IMG/VR virus record: IMGVR_UViG_3300028536_000015
Span: 9,365-73,364 of that record
Origin: a virus
Length of the DNA: 64,000 bases
Direction: 5' to 3' (one strand)
The position numbers and the translations under genes were made by a program. Position 1 is the first letter of the stretch. Each line of letters begins with the position of its first letter. Below, in pieces: positions 1-9,727 of this stretch. The notes beneath the pieces were generated by a model. It had not been told where the DNA came from, did not search any database, and worked only from the letters and a program-made list of their open reading frames with translations.

Positions 1-412
1 AGGAAACAGCAGCAGTAAATCCAATGTTCAAACCAATCTGGCTGGCCGAAAGAGTGGCGACCGTCGAGCACTGCGCAATGTAGAGCATCTCTGTATCAGT
101 GCAGCACCAGCCCTTTACGTCGTTGGTGCCCGACGTGGTCGCGACCGATCCTGGGAAATATGGCGAGAACACAATGCGGTTCACAGACGCGTTGTAATAT
201 TCGCAGCCCATGAAGATGCCGCGAATTTGCTGAGTACCGGAAGCCGGTAGGGTTACATAAGGACCGGTGGTCGAAGTCGCGATCGGATCACCAGTGAAGT
301 ACAAATTGGGATCGGACGACGCGATGACTACGGTCTCAAAGCCCGCAGTCGGGGCGCCACCGTCAAGGCGGCGAAGCTGACGAAAACCAAAGGGCGCTGG
401 GGTATTTGCCAT
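1..412 (-). CDS. Phage head-associated (capsid decoration-like) protein, runs off the left edge
   Basis: Manual translation from ATG at 412: MANTPAPFGFRQLRRLDGGAPTAGFETVVIASSDPNLYFTGDPI. RBS AAGGAG upstream. A MANxxAPFGF start is typical of the gene preceding the major capsid gene in this phage type. Confidence 0.65.
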   Translation of the reverse strand, partial: MANTPAPFGFRQLRRLDGGAPTAGFETVVIASSDPNLYFTGDPIATSTTGPYVTLPASGTQQIRGIFMGCEYYNASVNRIVFSPYFPGSVATTSGTNDVKGWCCTDTEMLYIAQCSTVATLSASQIGLNIGFTAAVS

Positions 413-429
413 TTTGCGATAGCTCCTTT

Positions 430-552
430 TGCGTATCCAGGACCATCCTGGTTACGTCAAACGTCAGAAAGCGATCAACGCTTTTCCGACAGAGCCATCA
501 CGGCGCGTGATGGTGGTGGTTTTGGCAGCGCGCCAAGCCCGATATCGAGCTG
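430..552 (-). ncRNA. Structured 5' leader of the capsid operon (five hairpins, possible pseudoknot)
   Basis: Minus-strand stems GCTCG/CGGGC, TTGGC/GCCAA, CCATCACG/CGTGATGG, GTCGG-AAAGCG/CGCTTT-CTGAC and CCAGGA/TCCTGG directly before the RBS. Confidence 0.55.
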
Positions 553-562
553 TAATTCGTCA

Positions 563-591
563 CACTTACGACAGAATTATATTACCGTCAA
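563..591 (-). promoter_or_regulatory. Putative sigma70-type promoter for the capsid operon
   Basis: TTGACG-N17-TAAGTG on the minus strand just upstream of the structured leader. Confidence 0.45.
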
Positions 592-752
592 GCCTTGTTG
601 CGTTTAAATAGCTCGCACCAATAGCTTTTTTCGATCTCTCCAATAACTAACGTACACTTCCCTCCAGGGATATAATGAGCGCAGATACCGCAATGCGCCT
701 TCCTCATTCCCTGGGAGTAATCAACATCATCCTTATGATGGGTCGGCTTCAT
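588..752 (-). CDS. 54-aa HiPIP-like four-cysteine protein (not in ORF track)
   Basis: MKPTHHKDDVDYSQGMRKAHCGICAHYIPGGKCTLVIGEIEKSYWCELFKRNKA. Pattern CxxC...C..V.G.I....WC..F. ATG directly follows the upstream stop codons. Confidence 0.6.
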   Translation of the reverse strand: MKPTHHKDDVDYSQGMRKAHCGICAHYIPGGKCTLVIGEIEKSYWCELFKRNKA

Positions 753-754
753 TA

Positions 755-1285
755 TTATTCTTCAGGAACCCTCAAAAGAGGCTCATAGCTCTTGTTGATC
801 TTATTGGAGTTGAGCGCAGTGCGATGCTGGCCATCTAGTGTTACGTTAACATCACCGCCACGAAGCTGCTGTTCCTTGATCCAGACCTGTTCGCGGGCCT
901 TCTTCTTGTCGTGCGCCAGCGCCATTTTGGTATATTCAGCAGGTCGCTCCATCAGAACAAGACCCTCGACATTGATCTCGCCCTCATAGCCCTTGGGCAT
1001 CCAAACGCCATCGTGGCGCCTGGATGGAACCGGCATCCAGCCCTTGCGCTCGAACCGAGCCCGGCGCTGAGGTTGGTGCTGGCCGAAGATACTATCCGTG
1101 ACCCACTGGTAGGTCATGCCGTCCGGGATCATCTCAGGACCAACCTTGAGCCGATCTTCATCTTCATCAACCACGTAAACGAAGTCATCCGGAAGACGAG
1201 AAGTGGCCTTCGGGCGAAGGTCGATCTTCTCCTTGTTCTTGGCTCCAGGAGGCCGACCGCGACGCTTGGGTTCTTCAGTTGTCAT
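755..1285 (-). CDS. Conserved phage head-module protein
   Basis: 176 aa with YQWV...GWMPV...H...GLVLMERP pattern; lies between scaffold-like and capsid genes. Confidence 0.65.
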   Translation of the reverse strand: MTTEEPKRRGRPPGAKNKEKIDLRPKATSRLPDDFVYVVDEDEDRLKVGPEMIPDGMTYQWVTDSIFGQHQPQRRARFERKGWMPVPSRRHDGVWMPKGYEGEINVEGLVLMERPAEYTKMALAHDKKKAREQVWIKEQQLRGGDVNVTLDGQHRTALNSNKINKSYEPLLRVPEE

Positions 1286-2351
1286 AGTAGCCTTCTTCCT
1301 TCATCTCATTAAGGCGCATCAGGTTCCGGGCGTACTCTTGTGGAGAGATGCCTGAAATCGCCGCTGCTTCCTGCTGCTTGATGCTCAGCTTGATCTTCGA
1401 GGAACTGGGCTTGCCGCTATTGGTCGGAGCATCCCTGGATACTGGTGCTGACACTAGCGTTCTCCTTGCGGTCTGACGGCGGGAGACGGGCTCGCTCTCC
1501 TCCTCGTCATCTTCATCGATCTCTTCCTCAGTCTCTGAGTAGCCAAGGCGATCTTCCAAGTACTGAAAATACTTCTTCGACCCAGGAGTAAATCCCTTAT
1601 CTTCCGCTTCCACATGGGCACCTTGAAGCCTCATATTTTTGCGTTGATCGGTCCAGGCGTCTGGATGAGTTTTCAGCCATTCCTTCTGGCTTGGCAGCAA
1701 GGCTGAATTAGCGTCAATCTGTTGTTCCACGCTAAGACGCTGCGCAGGAGGAGGATTGCGCTTTAGTTCCTCAGCCTTGGCGACAGCATTGGCTTTTCGT
1801 TGCTCAAGGATATTCTTGCCATCCTCAAGCTGGATGATCTTGGCCTCAGCCCTGGCAATACGCTTCTGGGCATCCGTGGCGGCCCTATGATCACCATTTG
1901 TGAGGGCGCCCTCAAGATCGCGCTGTGCCCCTTCGGACTCGCTCTCAGCCGCGCCCATGGCGGTCAGGACTGATTGATACTCCGCTTCTTCGGCGCGCGT
2001 GAGATAACCACTCGACTCGCGCTGGGCTTCCTGGAGACGGGTCTGGGCTTCGGCCTGCTGCCTCTGGGTCTCGATCTGAACCTTGCGGCCTTCTTCGATC
2101 GCAGCCCGCATATCCTCAAGTTGCTTCTTGAGATCGCTGGTTTCGGCGACACGAGCTTCCTCTTCCGCCTTCTTATGACGGCGATACTCGCGAGCGGCTT
2201 CTTTCTTGGACTCTTTTTGAGCGTCCGTATCCGTAGCAAGTTCCGCAAAAGAGTCCGCAGGATTACTCTCTTCGGTAACTACGGGATCATAGTCGATCTC
2301 CACCTCAACATCCTGAGGCTCTTTGTCTCTCGGAGGCTTAATGCGGGGCAT
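1275..2351 (-). CDS. Putative capsid scaffolding protein
   Basis: Acidic coiled-coil protein with C-terminal KIKLSIKQQEAAAISGISPQEYAR motif; head-module position. Confidence 0.6.
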   Translation of the reverse strand: MPRIKPPRDKEPQDVEVEIDYDPVVTEESNPADSFAELATDTDAQKESKKEAAREYRRHKKAEEEARVAETSDLKKQLEDMRAAIEEGRKVQIETQRQQAEAQTRLQEAQRESSGYLTRAEEAEYQSVLTAMGAAESESEGAQRDLEGALTNGDHRAATDAQKRIARAEAKIIQLEDGKNILEQRKANAVAKAEELKRNPPPAQRLSVEQQIDANSALLPSQKEWLKTHPDAWTDQRKNMRLQGAHVEAEDKGFTPGSKKYFQYLEDRLGYSETEEEIDEDDEEESEPVSRRQTARRTLVSAPVSRDAPTNSGKPSSSKIKLSIKQQEAAAISGISPQEYARNLMRLNEMKEEGYYDN

Positions 2352-2770
2352 TAGTAAACCATCTCCGGTCTGGGAATGATCAGTTTGACGCTGGTATCGA
2401 CCAGCATTCTACAGGGGCGCTCACCGACTTTAAGCTGCCATCCATCCCCTGGACGGAAGACAACCCAATCGCCAATCTGGGCGCGCTGCTCGCCGAACTC
2501 CATGTCAGCGGTACTCACAAAAGCAGCGGGACCGCATTTCAGGACCAATCCAACCTTGCCCTGATAGTCATCTTCCTTGCGGGTATTGTCCGTCAGAATG
2601 ATGCCGCCCTTGGTCTTTTCGGGACGCTTCCAGATACCTACGAGTATCTGATTATACATCACGTCAACTTCAGAGATGTCACCGACTTCATTGAATATCT
2701 GAAATTTATCTTCCTCATCGGGGTGATAAGGAGGAGGAGCGGCGGCGACCCAAGCTCTAACTTTCCCCAT
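2351..2770 (-). CDS. groES: GroES-like co-chaperonin
   Basis: EKTKGGIILTD...GLVLKCGP...IGDWVVF matches the Cpn10 signature. Confidence 0.85.
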   Translation of the reverse strand: MGKVRAWVAAAPPPYHPDEEDKFQIFNEVGDISEVDVMYNQILVGIWKRPEKTKGGIILTDNTRKEDDYQGKVGLVLKCGPAAFVSTADMEFGEQRAQIGDWVVFRPGDGWQLKVGERPCRMLVDTSVKLIIPRPEMVY

Positions 2771-2779
2771 TTTGTACCT

Positions 2780-2962
2780 TTACGTCCTCATGATCTCATC
2801 ATCGATCTGTTCGCAGATAGCGATAACATCTCGGATGCACTGAAAGTATCCCATCTGTCTCATATAATCATCTTGTGTCAAGACAGTCTGGGTAATAACT
2901 TCCGTTCTAGTTCTCTTTAACTCATCTAAACGTTTGAATAGCTCATTCTCAAAGTTGTTCAC
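2780..2962 (-). CDS. Hypothetical protein
   Basis: 60 aa, coupled to neighbours; DYMRQMGY pattern typical of the gene preceding phage groES. Confidence 0.6.
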   Translation of the reverse strand: MNNFENELFKRLDELKRTRTEVITQTVLTQDDYMRQMGYFQCIRDVIAICEQIDDEIMRT

Positions 2963-3420
2963 TTTGACTTCTTCCCAGCCTGTTGAAGACGGGCAACTCC
3001 TGTTGCTTGACCAGCATCAGGAATGCGACCGCCAGAGGCACGCTTAATACCTCCTCCACGCTTCTGCATGGGCATCCCAGGCATGCCTCCTCCAGGAGGA
3101 GGAGCGCCCAGGGGAGATGCCGGGGCTGGCGAGGGGGAGGGCATACCAGCCCCGGCTTGCATCGCGGCCATATCGTCCGGAGAGGGAGTCGCCGGGGGAA
3201 GACCGCGAGCAATCGATGATTTATGCTTTCCACTATGATGCTTGGCACGACCACCACGCGCCAAGGCATGAGGATGATCCTTGATCTCCATCACGTCGGA
3301 ATGAGAACTGTCTACGTGACCGTATCCCTTCGTATCAAGATTCTTGACGGAGCCACCCTTATGGATGGAGCCCATCTTGCTCTTGCCAGATTTATGCGCT
3401 TGGTGCTTGAAGGGATGCAT
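2959..3420 (-). CDS. Low-complexity basic protein with repeated xxGG motifs
   Basis: HKGG, ARGG, KRGG, ASGG motifs and a Pro/Gly-rich core; overlaps neighbours. Confidence 0.55.
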   Translation of the reverse strand: MHPFKHQAHKSGKSKMGSIHKGGSVKNLDTKGYGHVDSSHSDVMEIKDHPHALARGGRAKHHSGKHKSSIARGLPPATPSPDDMAAMQAGAGMPSPSPAPASPLGAPPPGGGMPGMPMQKRGGGIKRASGGRIPDAGQATGVARLQQAGKKSK

Positions 3421-3637
3421 GTTTCATAACCTCTTTAACAGCGTTAATGGGTTGGCTATCGCCGTGCAGTTGATCCCCAACAAACCATTTCAGGTGAACT
3501 TCTTGTTGGTCGCAGCCTACAACCGTCATGTCAGGGCTGCCGCTTTTCAATTGGACTATATCACCAGCTTTATACCTTGGGGCGAATTTTGTAAAAACCA
3601 GAAGGTTAGTTCCCAGCACTTCTTTAACTTCGGCCAT
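3392..3637 (-). CDS. YodC/DUF2158-family small protein
   Basis: YKAGDIVQLKSGSPDMTV...WF motif. Confidence 0.7.
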   Translation of the reverse strand: MAEVKEVLGTNLLVFTKFAPRYKAGDIVQLKSGSPDMTVVGCDQQEVHLKWFVGDQLHGDSQPINAVKEVMKHASLQAPSA

Positions 3638-3639
3638 AA

Positions 3640-6267
3640 TCAGTCTCCCTTTGATGCAGGCTTAGGCTTGGCTTTAATTGCTTCTATCTTAGCGTCATTG
3701 TTCATGCCCGCAATGTGCGCTTTGTTGGCCTCTTGAAGCGTGGCCATATGCGCCTCATGGGCATGATCGCGCGCCTGCTGAATATGATCAGATTGAATGG
3801 ATTGCAGATGTTGGTTCTGATCCGATTGTAATTCCTGCTGATGCTGATGATGTTGCATCAAGAGTTGGACCGCATTCTGCATGGTCTCCTGGCCACCGCT
3901 GTCATCCTGACTATGGATAAGGCGCTCTTCCAGAAGCTTAAGACGCTCCAGAACGATCTTCATCTGCTCTACACGCTCGCGTGAGGCACGATCAGCCGCC
4001 TTGTCCTGAGAGGACATCTTCTGGATTTCCATCTTGAGCTGCATCTGCATAATATTGGATTGCTGAGCTTGCTGATTGGCCTGCTGTTTGGCCTGCGCGG
4101 CAACCATGCCTGGATCAGGCGGGGCAGGTGCAGGCGTGGCGCGGAACAGTCCCTGTGGGTCTATGCCAGCAATCCGCATGGTGCGGACATCAACTGCAAT
4201 CGGGTCATAAAGAGCTGGCTTGGCAGCAGAAAGAGTCTGGATGACCGCAGCCTTCGCGATCCTGTGCATGCTGGTTGGATTGTTCGGATCGGCTACGGGA
4301 ACAAGATTAGCGTCATTGAGCGCTTTGAGGAATTGCTGCTTCTTCCACGGCATCGCCGGGTGGTTATTGAAACGCCAAAAGGCTTCCGGGTCTTCCTTAA
4401 AACGCTCCTTAAGAAGCTTGAACTCGCGCAATTGGGCGTCGTGTAACCTTTTGTGAACCGCATCCATTACTTTCGTTGCCTGCTCGATCAGAGCCAAGGT
4501 GGTTCCAACCGGAGCGTCTTGCTTGCCCTCACCGATATTCACATCAGCAGCGCCACCTGCCCGCTGTCCGACTTCTTCCACATGCTGAATGAACTGAACA
4601 AAGGCAGCACCGACATCCTTGTACGGCATCGGCATCACGGCCTGACCGATCGGCATGCCGCCGGTATCCAAACCAATTCCAGTACCCGGAGCCACGCGGA
4701 ATTGGTTGGTTAGCTGCCGTCCGAATTGCTTCTGATAGACGAACCCAGGGAAGTTCGCGAACATGCCCGCATCGAGGATTTCTCGCCATGCTGCCGTCAA
4801 AGCCGCCGTGGTGTTACCCAGGATGTTGATAAGACCGATGCCATAGAAGCCCATGGCGTTTACGAAGGGGAAACTTACGAAGTACTCTTTCGCGATAGCG
4901 AGCTTGTCTTTTTCTTCCCAATTGCGCCGTACCTGAAGGACCTTGCGGCTTTCTTTGTGGATCGTGACCACATAGGGAACGTGTAGACCGGTCACCTTGC
5001 CTTTATTTTTGTGCTCGAAACCATCGATATCAAGCTCGCAATAGCACTCGTAAATCTCATGCTCGGCATCCTGGGGGCGCTGGGCCAGAGGCACGACACC
5101 CGTTATTTCGTTCTTGATCTGATCGACAGGAGAGGGCTGAAGATAAGAGGGAGCGGGCATGATATCCGTATCACGATAAGCTCCGACAATCTGCATCAGC
5201 TTAAGCGTTCTGGGACGCATCTTGATGATGTGCGTAATGCGACCGCAGTTATCCAAATCAGTCGCTGAATTGTTAACGACAAGGTCTTCAGCATTAACAC
5301 TTTCCGATACGGGTCTACGTCTCAAAGGACAGTTATAGACCTTCTTAAATCCCTGGCCGCCAGCGCCAACCCAAAACAGCATGCGATCCGTATCGGGCAC
5401 GTATTCAGTCGCGACCGCTGTCAGATAGTGATTGAAGTCTGTTTCGAGCGCCATGGCCAGTTCGTCCGCTGGGTCATTTTGACCATCGGGAATAGCCGGT
5501 GACGGGGGCTGCATCATGCCAGTCGGCGCCGCAGACGGTGGGGACGGCGGCGCCGATCCTTCAGGGGCGGGCATGCTCGGTGGAGGTGCCGGGGGTCCCG
5601 GAGGTGCAGGAGGAGGGGGAGTCCCAGGCGCTGGCGGCCCTTGCACTGGCTGGCCTTGCAAGGGATTTCCCATCGGTGGACCGCCATTATGTCCCATTTG
5701 AGGCGGGGGAGCTGGTGGAGGCGTCGGAGGAGCTTGCGGCACTGCCTGCTTCGGTCCGAGCGTATTATCGTTCCGAACCTTAACAGGGCCGCCAGCAGGA
5801 AGCAGTTCGCCACGGGCATTTGCCTGAAATCTCAATACCGTATCGGCGAGAAGAGGATGCCTGACCTTGGAAATGCCGCCATCGGTACTCACCTCACCGG
5901 TCGGGATTTCGAGCTTAAACCCAAGCAGTTCGATCCCACGCGCGCGCGTTTCTAGCCAGTCCTTGCGTGATTGGATGTCGATTTCGACACCTTCAAGTAT
6001 CTCGGTAGCGATGCGCTGAAGCTCGCCTTCATCGATATCATCTGCAAGGTTTCTATAAAAATCGTTCTTATCGTCCTCATTTTCGACAGATTTCGGTGCA
6101 AAATCGAAGGTAATGGAACCGTCTGAGTTCTTGGTTTGCTGAACGCCATTCGTAGGTTTCGACTGATCATCCTGGTTGAAATGACTCAAATCCAAAGTAA
6201 TCGGAGAGGCAAAGGGATTGCCTCCAGGAGGTTGGGTAACATTTAGCGGGTCTAAGTGATTTGCCAT
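3640..6267 (-). CDS. Portal protein
   Basis: 875 aa after terL; HPLLADTVLRFQA and FYGIGLINILG motifs; Gln-rich coiled-coil C-terminus; Pro-rich insertion. Confidence 0.85.
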   Translation of the reverse strand: MANHLDPLNVTQPPGGNPFASPITLDLSHFNQDDQSKPTNGVQQTKNSDGSITFDFAPKSVENEDDKNDFYRNLADDIDEGELQRIATEILEGVEIDIQSRKDWLETRARGIELLGFKLEIPTGEVSTDGGISKVRHPLLADTVLRFQANARGELLPAGGPVKVRNDNTLGPKQAVPQAPPTPPPAPPPQMGHNGGPPMGNPLQGQPVQGPPAPGTPPPPAPPGPPAPPPSMPAPEGSAPPSPPSAAPTGMMQPPSPAIPDGQNDPADELAMALETDFNHYLTAVATEYVPDTDRMLFWVGAGGQGFKKVYNCPLRRRPVSESVNAEDLVVNNSATDLDNCGRITHIIKMRPRTLKLMQIVGAYRDTDIMPAPSYLQPSPVDQIKNEITGVVPLAQRPQDAEHEIYECYCELDIDGFEHKNKGKVTGLHVPYVVTIHKESRKVLQVRRNWEEKDKLAIAKEYFVSFPFVNAMGFYGIGLINILGNTTAALTAAWREILDAGMFANFPGFVYQKQFGRQLTNQFRVAPGTGIGLDTGGMPIGQAVMPMPYKDVGAAFVQFIQHVEEVGQRAGGAADVNIGEGKQDAPVGTTLALIEQATKVMDAVHKRLHDAQLREFKLLKERFKEDPEAFWRFNNHPAMPWKKQQFLKALNDANLVPVADPNNPTSMHRIAKAAVIQTLSAAKPALYDPIAVDVRTMRIAGIDPQGLFRATPAPAPPDPGMVAAQAKQQANQQAQQSNIMQMQLKMEIQKMSSQDKAADRASRERVEQMKIVLERLKLLEERLIHSQDDSGGQETMQNAVQLLMQHHQHQQELQSDQNQHLQSIQSDHIQQARDHAHEAHMATLQEANKAHIAGMNNDAKIEAIKAKPKPASKGD

Positions 6268-6276
6268 TAAATAGCC

Positions 6277-7881
6277 TTAGCAAGGATATAAAACTGGTAG
6301 TCTTCTTCGGTATTTTAGCAATTCTTCCTCTTCGTACTCCGTCTCCTCCTTACGGAGCACAAATCCCATGTCGCGTAAATACCTTAGCGCCTGGGTAGTT
6401 GAATCAACCAAGTCATCGTGAGGTGCCTTTGGAAACGTAGCACACTGATCGATTACTTTGGTGGCCCAGTCCACATCTGGCGCATAGACCATTCCTTCCG
6501 AGAAGATGTGCACAATACTATGGGCGCGAGCGACTTTATCTCCCTTGCGGGTGGGATTGATTAGCTCGACACCGAAGTTCCCAGAGAAGCCCACGATCTT
6601 TCTGATTTCCTGTGCTACCGAAATACCGCTGGCTTTGGCCTCGATGAGTAGCTTATCGACCGGATATCTTGGTTCGCCAAGGTCTATCTTCCGACTATCC
6701 CTAGTGCAGCAGTCTATAACACGTTGAACCAGTTCAGGAAACCCAAGGCGCTCTTCCCAGGCATAAAGCAGGATGACTCTGGGATTTCCGTACTGATCGC
6801 GGAAAACGCCCCAAATCGTCAGGGCTGAAGGATCGTTCTCTTCTTTTTCGGTATAGGCGCTGTCCAACGAGGCAATAATGAACTCGCAACGAGGGTATTC
6901 ACCGCTTTCCCAGACTTTCCACCAATCCTGCTTGATGATGGCGCCGCCGCGCGGTGTCGGGATTTGCTGGTACTGACCGGCCCACGCATAGGGTCCTTTT
7001 GCGTGCTCTAGAGCATCAACGCTCTCTTTAGAGAACCTCTCTGGCCACGCCAACTCGCCGTCTTGAGTTCTGGGGTCTTCCCAGATGATCTCCTCGCCTT
7101 CGTGATTTGTACCAAGAACGGTAACACAGTGTCTGGTCTCATCATACCGCATAGGTATCATAAGATGGGTATAACCTAGCTCCCTTGAGATCGCGACACC
7201 AGACACATCTTCCGCATGAAGTCTCTGTTGAATAACAACAATCGCGCTTTCCTGGGGATTATTCAGGCGGTCCGGGACGACTTCCGTGAACCACATATTG
7301 GTTGTGGCGCGAACGGCCTCCGACTCCATCAGCATGGTATTATTGGCATCATCGATGATGAACCTGTCACCACGCTCACCGACGCCGATACCACCGACCG
7401 ACGTAGCCAACTTCCATCCGGTTTTATCGTTGGCGAATTTTACTTTCGTAAATTGGTCGTTGGAGATGCCAAATCGAGACCCCCATAGGCGCTGGTATCG
7501 ATCGCTCATGACAATATTTCTGCATCGCATATTGTCTCGTTCTGTCAAGTGGTTAGAATAAGATGCGCAGACGTATCGATACCATGGTTTATTCTGCGGT
7601 CCCCACTCATAGGCGGGCCACATGACATCCGTTAACAGGGATTTTGTGAACCCAGGCGAGACGTTTATCAGGAGCCGCTTTATATCTCCACGCGTAACCG
7701 CTTCCAAATGCTCAGCAATTGCCGAAATAGCCCAGCCTTTTACGAAGGGGATCGCAGGTTCGACCACAGGCCAAACATACTCCACGAATGAAATGAGGCT
7801 TTTTTCGTATACCTCTGCCTCAAGTTTTTCACGAAGCTTAGCGGTGGCCTTTGCGATGTTGGCAATTCTTGATTGGTCCAT
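6277..7881 (-). CDS. terL: Terminase large subunit
   Basis: RLLINVSPGFTKS (Walker A), FIIDD (Walker B), QQRLH, and nuclease motifs SLDSAY and HDDLVDSTTQAL. Confidence 0.95.
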   Translation of the reverse strand: MDQSRIANIAKATAKLREKLEAEVYEKSLISFVEYVWPVVEPAIPFVKGWAISAIAEHLEAVTRGDIKRLLINVSPGFTKSLLTDVMWPAYEWGPQNKPWYRYVCASYSNHLTERDNMRCRNIVMSDRYQRLWGSRFGISNDQFTKVKFANDKTGWKLATSVGGIGVGERGDRFIIDDANNTMLMESEAVRATTNMWFTEVVPDRLNNPQESAIVVIQQRLHAEDVSGVAISRELGYTHLMIPMRYDETRHCVTVLGTNHEGEEIIWEDPRTQDGELAWPERFSKESVDALEHAKGPYAWAGQYQQIPTPRGGAIIKQDWWKVWESGEYPRCEFIIASLDSAYTEKEENDPSALTIWGVFRDQYGNPRVILLYAWEERLGFPELVQRVIDCCTRDSRKIDLGEPRYPVDKLLIEAKASGISVAQEIRKIVGFSGNFGVELINPTRKGDKVARAHSIVHIFSEGMVYAPDVDWATKVIDQCATFPKAPHDDLVDSTTQALRYLRDMGFVLRKEETEYEEEELLKYRRRLPVLYPC

Positions 7882-8129
7882 AAGGGCTTAGCTCCTAAAT
7901 GGCTAATATCATATTTGCGCCTTAATGTAATGAGACAATTTGGGTATGAGAAAGAACGCGCTTTGGCCCATGGGCATCGTTGGTCTCGGAATACTTGCGC
8001 TTGGGTTACTTGGGGCAGCGGGCTTCTTTCATGCGCCTAAATCATTCCTTCAAGCACCTGCGCTCTGGTCTGATGTCTGTGTCAAGACGGATGCCTGTAA
8101 GCCTTTGCAATCCCCCAAGATGGTGAGCC

Positions 8130-8324
8130 ATGAAAAAACAGGAACTAGAAGCGCTGTACGAGCAGATCGAAGTGCTGGAGCGAGTACGAAAGGCACAGGG
8201 GGAATTCGACGCAAACTCAAAAACCATCCTCATGCTGTTATCGACGGTACGCGAACTTGTAATCCATGCCATCGAGGAACAAAGCCGGGTGTCAAAACTC
8301 ATCCGGTCCAAACCCAAAGGCTAG
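8130..8324 (+). CDS. Hypothetical protein
   Basis: 64-aa helical ORF with a plausible RBS, preceding the sugar cluster. Confidence 0.45.
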   Translation: MKKQELEALYEQIEVLERVRKAQGEFDANSKTILMLLSTVRELVIHAIEEQSRVSKLIRSKPKG

Positions 8325-8342
8325 AATAACGAGAGGGAAACC

Positions 8343-8894
8343 ATGACGCCGATTGATGAATACGATCAGCCCGTTCTCGCAAAGAGAGCAAATTTTCTAC
8401 AAACCAAGGGACTATCTCTGGTTCCGATCAATGAGAATATTCGGGATTATTCCAGATGGCTCAATGATCCTGAGGTCGTTAAGTTCTCAGAACTTCGCCA
8501 TCGTTCGCATACCCCTGAAAGCTGCATAGAGTACATCAAGGGCTTTGATCAGATCGATAACTGCATGTGGGCGATCTATGCCATCGGTCCTGACATGCAT
8601 ATCGGGAATATCACCATCCACATCGATCCCAACAACAACGTCGCTCAGATGGGCATGCTGATCGGTGAAAAGTGGGCATGGGGACGCAAATATGGCCGGG
8701 AAGCATGGGGGGCCGTAATGACCTGGGCGAAGACTCAGAAAATCCGCCAAGTCGAGGCTGGTTGTATGCTCAATAACGTTGGCATGCGCCGCATCATGAT
8801 ACTTTGCGAAATGTTGCATTGCGCAACCGTTGAAGGTCATTTCTTGCTTGATGGAGCCATTATCTCCAAAGCCATCCACCGGAAGATATTCTGA
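8343..8894 (+). CDS. GNAT N-acetyltransferase (RimJ/RimL type, PseH-like role inferred)
   Basis: WLNDPEV, HIGNI, GMLIGEKWAWGRKYGREA motifs; first gene of the sugar cluster. Confidence 0.8.
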   Translation: MTPIDEYDQPVLAKRANFLQTKGLSLVPINENIRDYSRWLNDPEVVKFSELRHRSHTPESCIEYIKGFDQIDNCMWAIYAIGPDMHIGNITIHIDPNNNVAQMGMLIGEKWAWGRKYGREAWGAVMTWAKTQKIRQVEAGCMLNNVGMRRIMILCEMLHCATVEGHFLLDGAIISKAIHRKIF

Positions 8895-9706
8895 TGCATA
8901 AAACGAAAGAGTTTTGGGACCAACAGGCTGAGAAGCATGGCGCTGATCAAGCCGCGACAGCGCCAGACCATTTCTACCGCGATAACATCGAGATCAAGCG
9001 CATCGTTGAAGTCATGACGATCATGGAGCCGGAAGCTATCTTGGATATAGGCTGCGGTAATGGCTATTCCACGATCGAAATCGCCAAGAAGTTTCCGACA
9101 TCGATGGTGATCGGGGTCGATACTAGCGAAAAGATGCTCGAAGAGGCCCGAGAGGCCGCCAAGGGCATCAATAACATCACCTTTTTCCAGGGTGATGTCC
9201 TTACTCTATCCTGGCATCCGAAATTGCAGCATCAAAAGTTCGATGTGGTGCTCAGTGTGCGCTGTTTGATCAATCTGGACAACTGGGAAGAGCAAAAACT
9301 CGCCATTTTGCAGATGCGAAAGCTTCTGACGCCGGACGGTTCTCTGATTTTAGTCGAAAACACCAAAGAGGGACTGGATAAGCTCAATTTGCTCCGTCAG
9401 ATCGTGGATTTGCCCCCGATCGAACAGCGATGGCACAATAATTACATCCCGGAAGACAAATTGAAGCAGTTTGTCGCTGAAAACAACCGAAAACTGTTCC
9501 AACTCATGGCAATGGAGAACATCGGGAACCTCTACTACATCATTTCGAGGGTGGTTTATGCCAAACTTGCGCAAATGGAGGGCAAAGAGCCATCCTATGA
9601 TCACCCACTCAATGAAATAGCATCTCAACTGCCTAGCCTGGGCGATCATTACTCATGTTCACCGAACTATATGATGATCTTAGAGAACATCCCGGACGAA
9701 AGTTAA
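8894..9706 (+). CDS. Class I SAM-dependent methyltransferase
   Basis: ILDIGCGNG motif I; FDVVLSVRCLINL. Confidence 0.9.
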   Translation: MHKTKEFWDQQAEKHGADQAATAPDHFYRDNIEIKRIVEVMTIMEPEAILDIGCGNGYSTIEIAKKFPTSMVIGVDTSEKMLEEAREAAKGINNITFFQGDVLTLSWHPKLQHQKFDVVLSVRCLINLDNWEEQKLAILQMRKLLTPDGSLILVENTKEGLDKLNLLRQIVDLPPIEQRWHNNYIPEDKLKQFVAENNRKLFQLMAMENIGNLYYIISRVVYAKLAQMEGKEPSYDHPLNEIASQLPSLGDHYSCSPNYMMILENIPDES

Positions 9707-9727
9707 TCAGCAACAAAGGAAAGAGAC

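Noticed and set aside
7940-8329. 129-aa ORF with hydrophobic N-terminus
   Set aside because: It overlaps the more plausible 8130-8324 ORF. The 5' part may be real but cannot be supported.
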